Source of the DNA: Candidatus Poribacteria bacterium
GTDB taxonomy: Bacteria > Poribacteria > WGA-4E > WGA-3G
Length of the DNA stretch: 64,000 nucleotides
Assembly: GCA_963663765.2 (NCBI GenBank)
Contig: CAXXUA010000005.1
Span: 576,001-640,000, forward strand
Direction: 5' to 3'
The translations under genes and the position numbers were made by a program. The notes under the pieces were generated by a model. The model had not been told where the DNA came from. It did not search any database and saw only the letters and a program-made list of their open reading frames with translations. Each line of letters begins with the position of its first letter. Position 1 is the stretch's first letter. Of this stretch, positions 50,438-59,813 are shown in pieces.

Positions 50438-50854
50438 TTATGGACTTTGTATCCGTTTTTTTTCTAAAGCTTCGATTTTCTGTGTGAGTGTTTCTACCTG
50501 TTTTTCAAGTGTGCGATCTTTCTTGCTGCGCCATAAGACCACGACTTGTGGGATACCGACAATTGCCACGATGATGACCATAAGCCATGTGATCAGTTTT
50601 TCAACGCCATCCAACCGTCCACTGAGCGATGCGACATCTTCTTTTACAGACGCGATTTCTCCTTTGAGTTCCGATCTTACAGATGTGATTTCACTTTTGA
50701 GTTCCGTTTTTAAGGTTTGTATTTCCTTTTGAATTGGCTTAAGTTCCTCGGCTATGAGCAACCTAATTTTATTAAGATCGTTTTGGTCCAACTGACTGAT
50801 TGCTGGCGTGCTGATGAGCACGATTAACATGAGGGCAATTGTAAAGTATTTCAT
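50438..50854 (-). CDS. Signal peptide + coiled-coil + TM hypothetical protein
   Basis: ELKSEI repeats, C-terminal TM helix; paralog at 51824-52249. Confidence 0.75.
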   Translation of the reverse strand: MKYFTIALMLIVLISTPAISQLDQNDLNKIRLLIAEELKPIQKEIQTLKTELKSEITSVRSELKGEIASVKEDVASLSGRLDGVEKLITWLMVIIVAIVGIPQVVVLWRSKKDRTLEKQVETLTQKIEALEKKRIQSP

Positions 50855-50890
50855 TTTGTCTTCTTGTGCATCTTGTTAGAATGCAGTGTG

Positions 50891-51706
50891 TTAACTACTT
50901 GTTTTCAAACGTGCTAATTCTTCACGGAGTAGTGCGACTTCTGCTTCTGCGTTTTCAGCACGTGCAGATTCTTGTTCAGCGCGGGCAGCTTCTTGTTCAG
51001 CGCGGGCAGCTTCTTGTTCAGCGCGGGCAGCTTCTTGTTCAGCGCGGGCAGATTCTTGTTCGGCGCGTGCAGATTCTTGTTCGGCGCGGGCAGATTCTTG
51101 TTCGGCAAATGTCCTAACCCAGTCGTCAGCAATAGGATCAAAAATCCTTATTTCTGGTCCTTCAAGACGAAAATCCAAACCCAAAACAGATGATTGAATC
51201 CCACCATCATCATCATCGGGGGAAATCGCTTCATAGGCACCATCTACTAAAGTAAATCCCATCAGCGGAGATGGTAAATACAAACCCTCTGCATCGTATA
51301 AGAAATAATCTTGTATCTCCAATGAAGCGTAAATATCCATTTTCTCATTTAAGTCTTTCTTATAAGTACTTTCACTGGAAAACTCCATCACGAAATCGGG
51401 TGCTTTTCCTTCTTCCCATGTTTTATATGTAAGACGCATCTTTGGGTTTATGCCAAAACAGACGAGTACGTCTGGAGATATTGACTTCCGGGGATCCCCT
51501 TCCCTATAATACATCATGATGTCACCAGAGATATAAACTTCCGACTCTGGTGCGAAATGTGCCTCAAGTGCTTGCAGCGTCCATATTAGTAATTTTAAAT
51601 GATAATCGCTTGCTGCCATCGGCTTTCCATCTTCTGTAGGGTATAGGTCTACATCACCAGCTGGGACATAAGAAATAAAGGTGTCTTTTGAATATGGGTG
51701 TGACAT
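50891..51706 (-). CDS. Uma2 (DUF820) family PD-(D/E)xK endonuclease-like protein with coiled-coil tail
   Basis: YPTEDGKPMA, SPDVLV, PDFVMEFSS, DYFLYD motifs. Confidence 0.9.
   Translation of the reverse strand: MSHPYSKDTFISYVPAGDVDLYPTEDGKPMAASDYHLKLLIWTLQALEAHFAPESEVYISGDIMMYYREGDPRKSISPDVLVCFGINPKMRLTYKTWEEGKAPDFVMEFSSESTYKKDLNEKMDIYASLEIQDYFLYDAEGLYLPSPLMGFTLVDGAYEAISPDDDDGGIQSSVLGLDFRLEGPEIRIFDPIADDWVRTFAEQESARAEQESARAEQESARAEQEAARAEQEAARAEQEAARAEQESARAENAEAEVALLREELARLKTSS
50961..51107 (-). repeat. Seven coding 21-bp repeats (AEQE[S/A]AR)
   Basis: GCGCGGGCAG(C/A)TTCTTGTTC(A/G) units. Confidence 0.9.
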
Positions 51707-51823
51707 TATATTTTTCCTCAAAGTTTAGAATATTTTCGTCTCCTATTACCCAACATTTATGATAAATTGTATTCCGTTTAATTATAATTTATTTATCCTA
51801 TTATGTTGCAAAACGCTCTATCA

Positions 51824-52249
51824 CTAAACTTCAATTGTACCTTTATTAAAGCAGAAACAGGGTAATTTTATTATGGACTTTGTATCCGTTTTTTTTCTAA
51901 AGTATTTCTGTGTGAGTGTTTCTACCTGCTTTTCAAGCGTGCGATCTTTCTTGTTGCACCATAAGACAACGACTTGTGGGATACCGACAATTGCTACAAT
52001 GATGACCATTAGCCATGTGATCAGTTTTTCCACACCATCCACCCGCCCGCTGAGCGATGCAACATCTTCTTTTACAGATGCAATCTCACCTTTGAGTTCC
52101 GTTTTTATGGTTTGTATGTCATTTTGAATTGGCTTAAGTTCATCGGCTATGAGCAATCTAATTTTATTAAGATCGTATTGGTCCAGCTGACTGACTGCTG
52201 GTGTGCTGATGATAGCGATCAACATGAAGGCAATTGTAAAGTATTTCAT
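51824..52249 (-). CDS. Paralog of 50438-50854 with a frameshifted C-terminus
   Basis: Near-identical up to TLTQK, then a small deletion. Confidence 0.7.
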   Translation of the reverse strand: MKYFTIAFMLIAIISTPAVSQLDQYDLNKIRLLIADELKPIQNDIQTIKTELKGEIASVKEDVASLSGRVDGVEKLITWLMVIIVAIVGIPQVVVLWCNKKDRTLEKQVETLTQKYFRKKTDTKSIIKLPCFCFNKGTIEV

Positions 52250-52285
52250 TTTGTCTTCTTGTGCGTCTTGTTAGAATGTAGTGTG

Positions 52286-53011
52286 TTAGATACTTGTTTT
52301 CAAACGTGCAATTTCTTCACGGAGTAGTGCTGCTTCTGCTTCTGCGTTTTCAGCACGTGCTTCTGCGTTTACTCGTGCCATGGTTTCCTGTTCAGCGCGT
52401 GCTTCTGCAATTTCGGCGCGTGTCTGAACCCAGTCGTTCGCTATAGGATCAAAAATCGCTATCTCTGTATTCCGAAGACGGAAATCCAAACCCAAAATAG
52501 ATGATCGAATCCCATCATCATCGGGGGGAATCGCTTCATAGGCACCATCCACTAAAGTAAATCCCATCAGCGGAGATGGTAAATACAAACCCTCTGCATC
52601 ATATAAGAAATATTCTTGGATCTCCAATGAAGCGTAGACATCCATTTTCTCTCCCAAGTCTTTATTATAAGTGGTTTTACTTGAAAACTCCATCACGAAA
52701 TCCGGTGCTTTTCCTTCTTCCCATGTTTTATACGTCAGACGCATCTTTGGGTTTATACCAAAACAGACAAGTACATCTGGAGATATTGACTTCCGGGGGT
52801 CCCCTTCTCTATAATACATCATGATGTCACCGGAGATATAAACATCCGGGTTTTGTGCAAAATGTGCCTCAAGAGCCTGCAACGTCCATATTAGTAGTTT
52901 TAAATGATAATCACTTGCTGCCATAGGTTCGCCGTCCTCAGCAGGATAGTGAATTGCACCATCTGTAGGGACATAAGAAACAAAGGTATCTTTTGTATAT
53001 GGATGTGTCAT
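52286..53011 (-). CDS. Uma2 (DUF820) family protein, paralog
   Basis: Same motifs as 50891-51706. Confidence 0.9.
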   Translation of the reverse strand: MTHPYTKDTFVSYVPTDGAIHYPAEDGEPMAASDYHLKLLIWTLQALEAHFAQNPDVYISGDIMMYYREGDPRKSISPDVLVCFGINPKMRLTYKTWEEGKAPDFVMEFSSKTTYNKDLGEKMDVYASLEIQEYFLYDAEGLYLPSPLMGFTLVDGAYEAIPPDDDGIRSSILGLDFRLRNTEIAIFDPIANDWVQTRAEIAEARAEQETMARVNAEARAENAEAEAALLREEIARLKTSI

Positions 53012-53075
53012 TGTGTTTCTCCTTTGTTGTCCGATGCGTGAAAACGGAGATAATCAACTTCATGTAATTTCGGTA

Positions 53076-53726
53076 TCACTTTTTCTTGAGAACCATTTCC
53101 TGATCAGAATAAGTCAGTGTTAACGTATCTTCTGTAGCATCCCATGTATATTCAATGCGACTATCGAATATAAAATTCGATGGATGTGGTGTTAATCCGC
53201 TTTTCGATTCTGCTGCCAAATCTGCTTCTAATTCTTCTACAGTTTTATTTACCAATTGTGCTGCCCATACCTCTTCAGGCTCAAGCGTTACTTCAACATC
53301 CAGTTTGACATCTTCTGTAGTGATTGTTATGGTGTTTCCTTCTACAGTATACATCCCTATTATCGTGTAAGTTATTTCCTGCGTCATTGAGTGAATAGGT
53401 GGGCCCGGGTATTTCTCTGATAACTCAAACATTAAGCTGCCCGATAACGAACCATTAGCTTCAAAAACCCAATTATTTGAAATGAGCGTGTACGCTGGTT
53501 GATCTTCCATGTCTTCCGGTTGTACCGTTTCGAATTGCCTGGGGAAAAAGATCTCAAACATTTCACCATTAATTGAGGCAATTTCCCAAGAAACTCCAAC
53601 AAAACTTAATTCAACATTAATCTGATCATCATCATCCTGATTTTCATCATTTTCACCACAACCGATCAAGGAAATCGAGAGTAGTGCTAACAAAACCATA
53701 GCAAAGGTTCCATAAAGTAATTTCAT
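53076..53726 (-). CDS. Acidic lipoprotein, lipocalin-like
   Basis: Lipobox LIGC; GVSW, YTVEGNTITI, DTLTL motifs. Confidence 0.65.
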   Translation of the reverse strand: MKLLYGTFAMVLLALLSISLIGCGENDENQDDDDQINVELSFVGVSWEIASINGEMFEIFFPRQFETVQPEDMEDQPAYTLISNNWVFEANGSLSGSLMFELSEKYPGPPIHSMTQEITYTIIGMYTVEGNTITITTEDVKLDVEVTLEPEEVWAAQLVNKTVEELEADLAAESKSGLTPHPSNFIFDSRIEYTWDATEDTLTLTYSDQEMVLKKK

Positions 53727-53792
53727 GTGTAAGTTCTCTCCTACAATAAGATTACATTGCTTTTGCGACTGTTTCTAAGCTTCAGTTTTAAG

Positions 53793-54149
53793 TTAGTATT
53801 TTCCCCAAAACTGGATCCGATTTTTCTCTGGGTCTCTAACGTCAAAACACGCTAACCCTTTTTCATTCTCTAATGGTCTCAACCGCAATCCTTTCGCTTT
53901 CAAGTCCTGATGAACAGCGCTCACACTTTCAACGTGAAGGATTAACTTTTGCCTACCCTCATTTGGCTTACTTGCACTATGGAGACACAGTTTACACTCA
54001 CCTGTATCAAACCGGTAAAAACGATTAGCTGGAAATGGTTGATCTTCATCCGGTGTCAATCCGATTACATCACTATAAAATGCAATGACTTTTTTCATAT
54101 CTTTTACAAAAAGCATTACTCCGCCAAGACTAACTGTCATTTCTGACAT
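53793..54149 (-). CDS. VOC/glyoxalase family protein
   Basis: VKDMKKVIAFYSDVIG, VRDPEKNRIQF motifs. Confidence 0.85.
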   Translation of the reverse strand: MSEMTVSLGGVMLFVKDMKKVIAFYSDVIGLTPDEDQPFPANRFYRFDTGECKLCLHSASKPNEGRQKLILHVESVSAVHQDLKAKGLRLRPLENEKGLACFDVRDPEKNRIQFWGKY

Positions 54150-54200
54150 ATCTCTACCATTTAAGGTGCGATCCAATTTCCCTACTATGTAAGGGAATTA

Positions 54201-55397
54201 TTACCTATCCAACTCCCCTGCAATCACGTTTAAACTCCCTAACACAGCCACCGTATCCGATACCATGCCGCCTTCCAACATGTGCGGTAGTGCTTGGAAG
54301 TGGAAGAAACTCGGTGGACGTATCCTAATCCGATAGGCAGTTCCACTACCATCACTCACAATGTAGAAACCCAATTCACCATTTGGTGATTCTGTGGCAC
54401 AATAATGATCACCTAATGGCGGTTGTACACCATGCCCATCCATCACAATCTTAAAATGATGAATTAATCCCTCAATATGTCCATACGCATCCGATTTTTC
54501 TGGCATCATGATTTTGTTGTCTTCTACACAATACGGACCATCAGGCAAATTATCCAACGCCTGTTGGACGATACTACAACTCTGTATCATCTCCTCCATT
54601 CGCACTAAATAGCGGTCATAGGCATCCCCGTTGGTACCAACCGGTACTTCAAATTTCATTTCATTGTAAGACGAGTACGGTTCCGCTTTACGAATATCGT
54701 GTGAAACACCAGTTGCACGCAAACAGGGACCGGTTAACCCATAATTTATCGCTTCTTCAGAAGAAATTGCCCCAACGTCTTTTGTCCTATCCATCCAAAT
54801 TCTATTGCGGGTTAGCAATGTATGGGTTTCCTTCAGTGCCTTCGGTAAATTGGTAATGAAATCCCGAGCATCAGTTTCGAACCCATCATAGAGGTCACGG
54901 AATACACCTCCGACACGCGTGTAACTTGTTGTCAACCGCGCGCCAGTTGTCTTTTCAAAAATGCTATAGAGTTTTTCGCGCTCACGGAAACTGTACAAGA
55001 AGACTGAAAACGCTCCTAAATCCAATGCAGCAGTACCAAGCCACAATAAATGGTCTGCCAAACGAGAAAGTTCTGCCATCAAAATACGGATATATTGACA
55101 ACGTTTTGGCACTTCAATACCGAGCAATTGTTCCACCGCAAGCACATAACCGAAATTGTTAGACAACGGTGACAGATAATTCATCCTATCCGTTACGACT
55201 ATGTATTGGTTATAATCCAGATGCTCACCCAGTTTTTCAAAACCAGTATGTAAGTAACCAGCATGGGGTGTCGCCTTCAAAACGGTTTCACCATCAAGTT
55301 CTAAGACTATCCGAAGTGTACCGTGCGTTGCAGGGTGTTGTGGTCCGAAGTTGAGAACCATCCTCTCGCCTGTCGTGCGTTCCATCCCAGCTTGCAT
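54201..55397 (-). CDS. nuoD: NADH-quinone oxidoreductase subunit D
   Basis: GPQHPATHGTLR, ESPNGELG, GELDR motifs. Confidence 0.96.
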   Translation of the reverse strand: MQAGMERTTGERMVLNFGPQHPATHGTLRIVLELDGETVLKATPHAGYLHTGFEKLGEHLDYNQYIVVTDRMNYLSPLSNNFGYVLAVEQLLGIEVPKRCQYIRILMAELSRLADHLLWLGTAALDLGAFSVFLYSFREREKLYSIFEKTTGARLTTSYTRVGGVFRDLYDGFETDARDFITNLPKALKETHTLLTRNRIWMDRTKDVGAISSEEAINYGLTGPCLRATGVSHDIRKAEPYSSYNEMKFEVPVGTNGDAYDRYLVRMEEMIQSCSIVQQALDNLPDGPYCVEDNKIMMPEKSDAYGHIEGLIHHFKIVMDGHGVQPPLGDHYCATESPNGELGFYIVSDGSGTAYRIRIRPPSFFHFQALPHMLEGGMVSDTVAVLGSLNVIAGELDR

Positions 55398-55432
55398 ATA
55401 AAACTCCTTTTATATATAAATGTTACTTACTC

Positions 55433-55554
55433 CAAGACCTGCGCAGTTTTCATGATTAAATCAAGAATTGTGATGAAAATGATGTAATTTTCAACATTAT
55501 TTGTGTTTCCAGCGCGCTTACAAAGCACGTCTACCGTTGGGTACGTAAGTCCTC
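55433..55554. mobile_element. MITE family A, inverted and diverged, between nuoC and nuoD
   Basis: CAAGACCTGCGCAG...TACGTAAGTCCT, flanked by TTACTC on both sides. Confidence 0.8.
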
Positions 55555-55732
55555 TTACTCTTGACTATCTTTAAGTTGTTGCTTGAGATGTTTATATTTA
55601 GTGTTGATGTGTTGAAATATATTTTGAACAAGTCCCAATAAGAAACATACAATGCTTACATAAACACAAATGAGAAACGTTAAAGAAATTACATTCATAA
55701 TCCTAACCGTATTATAATTAATTATTTACAAA

Positions 55733-56278
55733 TTAGGCATTCTGCTTATCAAAATTAAATCTTTCACGTTCACCACGACCCCGAAGCGGATAATCCTTAC
55801 GAAGCGGATGTCCATCAAAATCATCGGGCATCAAAATCCGCTGCAAATCAGGATGTCCTTCAAAGTCTATGCCAAACATATCATAAGTTTCACGTTCCAA
55901 CCAATTCGCACCCTTCCATAACTTCGTCACAGATTGAACTTTCAGGTCCTTTTCATGCACAGGTACTTTGACACGTATACGTTGCGTTTCACCTTCAAAA
56001 GTGTATAGTTGATAGACAACCATGTATCTTGCGTAGTCATATTTTATCAATTCTGATTCTAAATTAGAATTGTCAACCGCTGTGATATCAACAAGAAATG
56101 TATATGCAAGTTCCGTTTTGAGATATGCTAATAATGCGAAAATATTTTCTTTATTAACTACAACAGAAACGCCATTACTGACTTCTACATCAGCCAATAG
56201 TGCATCAGGAAACTTTTCTCGTAATCTTTTAAGCACCAACGGTTGTGTCTCTTCAGTTATCTCTTTTTCTTCACTCAT
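55733..56278 (-). CDS. nuoC: NADH-quinone oxidoreductase subunit C
   Basis: [24 protein letters not shown] motifs; likely start MSEE. Confidence 0.95.
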   Translation of the reverse strand: MSEEKEITEETQPLVLKRLREKFPDALLADVEVSNGVSVVVNKENIFALLAYLKTELAYTFLVDITAVDNSNLESELIKYDYARYMVVYQLYTFEGETQRIRVKVPVHEKDLKVQSVTKLWKGANWLERETYDMFGIDFEGHPDLQRILMPDDFDGHPLRKDYPLRGRGERERFNFDKQNA

Positions 56279-56798
56279 TATAAGCAACCTCAGAACCTTT
56301 GGGTAATGTGCCTTTGTCAATTTTACGTTGCACCTGCATCACCGCATCAATCAAATCTTCAGGTCGTGGTGGACAACCAGGAATGTAGACATCCACAGGA
56401 AGAAACTGATCAACGCCTTGTATTAACGTATATGTATCAAAAACACCGCCACAAGACGCACATGCTCCCATTGAAATAACCCACTTCGGTTCAGGCATCT
56501 GGTCATAGATTCGCTTCAACACCGGCATCATTTTGATTGAGATACGACCAGAAACAATCAAAAGATCGGATTGACGCGGAGAAAAACGAATCGCTTCAGA
56601 ACCGAAACGTGATAGATCGTATTTAGATGCCAAAGTTGCCATCATCTCAATCGCACAGCAAGCCGTACCAAAAGGCATCGGCCACAGTGAATTTCTGCGT
56701 CCCCAATTCACAACTTTGTCAATTGTCGTTGTTAAGATATTGCCATCTGTAGGTTCAGCGCGATGACCATTTTGTATATCTGTTTTGGCTAATCCCAT
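56271..56798 (-). CDS. nuoB: NADH-quinone oxidoreductase subunit B
   Basis: [21 protein letters not shown] motifs. Confidence 0.96.
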   Translation of the reverse strand: MGLAKTDIQNGHRAEPTDGNILTTTIDKVVNWGRRNSLWPMPFGTACCAIEMMATLASKYDLSRFGSEAIRFSPRQSDLLIVSGRISIKMMPVLKRIYDQMPEPKWVISMGACASCGGVFDTYTLIQGVDQFLPVDVYIPGCPPRPEDLIDAVMQVQRKIDKGTLPKGSEVAYNE

Positions 56799-57163
56799 GT
56801 TAATCCTCCTTTTCTCCAAGCATAAATATAACCAAGCAGCAGAATGCCGATAAATACAAACATCTCAATTAAAAAAAACAATCCAATCCCTTCTGTTCCA
56901 GCAAAATCTTTAAAAACCACCGCCCAAGGATAAAGAAAAACCACCTCAATATCAAAAATGATAAAAAGCATCGCTATAAGGTCAAACCGGATAGAGAACC
57001 TTTGTCGGGCATCTCCGACAGGTTGCACACCAGATTCGTAGACAGATAGTTTAACACGTGTGGGTTTTTTGGGTCCAAGAAGATGGGTAAGGGAAAGGTT
57101 GACTGCCGCAAACAATACAGCAAATAAACCTAAAAACAGTATCGGAAGATAATCTATTAACAT
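56789..57163 (-). CDS. nuoA: NADH-quinone oxidoreductase subunit A
   Basis: [27 protein letters not shown] motifs. Confidence 0.95.
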   Translation of the reverse strand: MLIDYLPILFLGLFAVLFAAVNLSLTHLLGPKKPTRVKLSVYESGVQPVGDARQRFSIRFDLIAMLFIIFDIEVVFLYPWAVVFKDFAGTEGIGLFFLIEMFVFIGILLLGYIYAWRKGGLTWD

Positions 57164-57463
57164 AAGCTCAATTCTACTTTAAGCCTTCAGCAACAAAAAT
57201 AATGAGTAATCATCTAATTATCGGTCAATATTCAATTTAATTCTCTGTTGCCCAAAGTAATTTTGACTGTTTGATTAAAATTCGCAACCAAATTAGTCAT
57301 ATTTCTCTATAATTTTACATATTTAGAGAAAAGTGTCAAGTTTTTTTCCAAGAATTATATGATTTTTTTGAAAAGTTGTTGAAAAAATGTGATGAGACTA
57401 TTCATGTAGACTTGTAAGATTCTTATAGAATGCGTAACATTTTCATCTATTCAGTTGTGAGCT

Positions 57464-57844
57464 TCACCATCGCCGATAATATGATGAAATTATAACAAAG
57501 ATACCAAGCGTATTATCAAGATATTGGTAACCGCTACAATCTGGTTCTGTAAAGCGGTGTAATAATGCTAATGAAAATTCCCAAGATTTGCGTGTCAACT
57601 TCCAAGTGAAATGGTTTTTTGTGTTGTCTATCAAAACTGCACCAATATCTTCATCACTAATCTGCGCTGAAAGTATACAACCCTCTAACGGAGATATAAA
57701 TGGCAAAGTGTGAATATCAAGTGTTTTCCCAGAACCCAAAATGATATCGTGTATCGCTTTGTGTAATTGTTCTGCCTTGGCAGGTGTAATTGGAGACATA
57801 AGTATCACCGGGTCTTCAGATAGTGGAAAATATTCAAGTTCCAT
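57464..57844 (-). CDS. Hypothetical protein
   Basis: GAGGAGG RBS; 126-aa ORF. Confidence 0.6.
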   Translation of the reverse strand: MELEYFPLSEDPVILMSPITPAKAEQLHKAIHDIILGSGKTLDIHTLPFISPLEGCILSAQISDEDIGAVLIDNTKNHFTWKLTRKSWEFSLALLHRFTEPDCSGYQYLDNTLGIFVIISSYYRRW

Positions 57845-58205
57845 AAATCCTCCTCAAAATATTCAACTTGTCAGTCTTCGGTTTGGCACGCGAAAATATT
57901 TCCTATACAAACAATCTTAGTATAAGACCAAAAATTCCATTTTGATAAATTCTACATGGATATTCTTCTATTTGCAAGTATTTCAGCAAAAAACGGGTGT
58001 ATAAGGTTTTAATTATCAGAACCAGAATTTTCAGGATTGGTAGATTATTTGATTAGAGTTTACCCATCAAGAACCAATGTTTAATGTGTAGTTCTCTTGG
58101 TACAAAATCAAGAAAGTTCGTATTTATGGTGAAATTTGAAAATAAGTATACATTTCTACAATTTACGATATTGGCTATCATGTTTAGTATTCTATTCTTT
58201 TATTT

Positions 58206-58282
58206 GGTAGGAGCGACCTCCTGGTCGCGACTGTTTTGATACATGGTCTCTATACGGTCGCGACCAGGAGGTCGCGCCTACC
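58206..58282. repeat. REPIN (inverted pair of GTAGGAGCGACCTCCTGGTCGCG)
   Basis: Same REP as at ~4747, 14616 and 34562. Confidence 0.8.
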
Positions 58283-58353
58283 TTTGCAAGTGTGTAATTA
58301 TTTCCATAACTTACCAAAAATTGGAATGCTCAAGCATCGTTCGCTTATCCTAC

Positions 58354-59774
58354 TGACATACTCCCCAAGCTAAAGCATGGGGGTTCTTAGTTCTTATATT
58401 GGAAACAGTTTGAGTTGTTTCCAAACGACTTTTCCTGCTTCCGTGTCTCGTGCCCTTTCCTGAACAGCTTTGGGTCTTATTTGCACTCCACAGGCGTGAC
58501 TTTCGGTGTGTCCCACCGTAGTTGGTTTCAAGTTTATTGCAGCGTTGACATCTCTATCTATAGACATATCACATTGACTGCAGTGATACATTCTTTCTGA
58601 AAGTGTTAGGTCTTTCTTTTTGTGTCCACAACCGGAACAGGTTTTACTACTTGCAAAGAACATATCTGCTTCTTTGACAGGTATACCGTGCACTTCTGCT
58701 TTTGTCTTGAGTTTTAGCAGGAAACCGCCTAATGCCGTATCTGACAATGCTTTTGCGAGGTTTCTGTTCTTCAGCATATTCGTAACCTTGAGTGTCTCAA
58801 TACCGATCGCAGATGCGAGGTTGACAATCTCTGTAGTTGCTTTATGATGTGCATCGTTTCGGATACAAGCGATACGATAGTAGATACGTTCTAACTTGTG
58901 TTTTTGTTTGAACCAGTTGTTAGACTTGAAAACTTTTCTACTTAATCTACGTTGTTCTCTTGCTAACTTCTTTTCATATCGTTTCAGGGGTCTTGGATTA
59001 TCATATTTCGTGCCATCACTCAATGTGGCAAGTGTGTTTATGCCTACATCTATACCAATCACAGGGTGCGTTGAATTATCAACTGCTTCGGTGTCCTCTG
59101 TTTCTATGGTGATAGATACAAACCAACGATGTGCTGTCCTTGAGATCGTCACTTTCATAATCTTACCCACAAAACGCAATGATTCAAACATGCTAATCCA
59201 ACCAATCTTAGGAAGTTTGATACGCTTACCTTCAACTTCTACAGATTGATTATTTGTGGTGAATGCGTCCTTTTTGCCACGCTTCTTGAACTTCGGAAAC
59301 TTCGCACGCTTACCAACCCAATTCGCAAGCGCAGCAGACAAGTTACCAAATATGCTTTTATTGGCTACAACCTGATCCATATCTTTAGTCCAAGCATGTG
59401 CTTTCTTAGCAATATTAAATCGAGTGTTTAACTTTGCAGCGGTTAAGAACTCATCATTTGCCAATGCAGACTTGAAATCTGCCAATGCATGATTATATGC
59501 AAATCTCGCATAGCCACACTGTTGTGCAAACCATTTTCGTTGATTGTTATTTGGATTCAATGCAATCTTATGTGTTTTTAGCATGATGATATTCCAGTCC
59601 TATGAAGACGTCAGTTCCCTCTACTAAAGGTGTGTAGGTGTTAGTAGCACCTACACTGAACTGGTATAATGAGTATCTCATGTTTTAAACCAAAAATCAA
59701 GTTTTTTCTTGACACAAGCACTTAGCACGACTACATCCCACTACCTAAAGGTAGGGGTTTTGTCGTGATTCTTG
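58354..59774 (-). mobile_element. tnpB-only IS200/IS605-family element (IS1341-like)
   Basis: Left end TTAT|CAAGAATC...CCCCTACCTTTAGGTAGTGGG; right end CCCCCATGCTTTAGCTTGGGGAGTATGTCA; no tnpA. Confidence 0.85.
58394..59584 (-). CDS. tnpB: TnpB RNA-guided endonuclease
   Basis: N-terminal HTH; RuvC motifs GIDVG, GIETL, DRDVNAA; Zn finger CSGC...CSQC. Confidence 0.95.
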   Translation of the reverse strand: MLKTHKIALNPNNNQRKWFAQQCGYARFAYNHALADFKSALANDEFLTAAKLNTRFNIAKKAHAWTKDMDQVVANKSIFGNLSAALANWVGKRAKFPKFKKRGKKDAFTTNNQSVEVEGKRIKLPKIGWISMFESLRFVGKIMKVTISRTAHRWFVSITIETEDTEAVDNSTHPVIGIDVGINTLATLSDGTKYDNPRPLKRYEKKLAREQRRLSRKVFKSNNWFKQKHKLERIYYRIACIRNDAHHKATTEIVNLASAIGIETLKVTNMLKNRNLAKALSDTALGGFLLKLKTKAEVHGIPVKEADMFFASSKTCSGCGHKKKDLTLSERMYHCSQCDMSIDRDVNAAINLKPTTVGHTESHACGVQIRPKAVQERARDTEAGKVVWKQLKLFPI

Positions 59775-59813
59775 ATAATCTTATAAGCTTGAAAATCTTA
59801 GTTCAGTGAAATA

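Noticed and set aside
50866-51193. Alternative-frame repeat ORFs (LLVQRGQ, LPALNKK, FLFSAGS)
   Set aside because: They are by-products of the 21-bp coding repeat in the Uma2 gene.
58394-59584. Nuclease-dead TnpB (TldR/dCas12f) working with the ECF sigmas
   Set aside because: The RuvC D-E-D residues are intact, IS ends are present, and the gene is more than 25 kb from any sigma gene.
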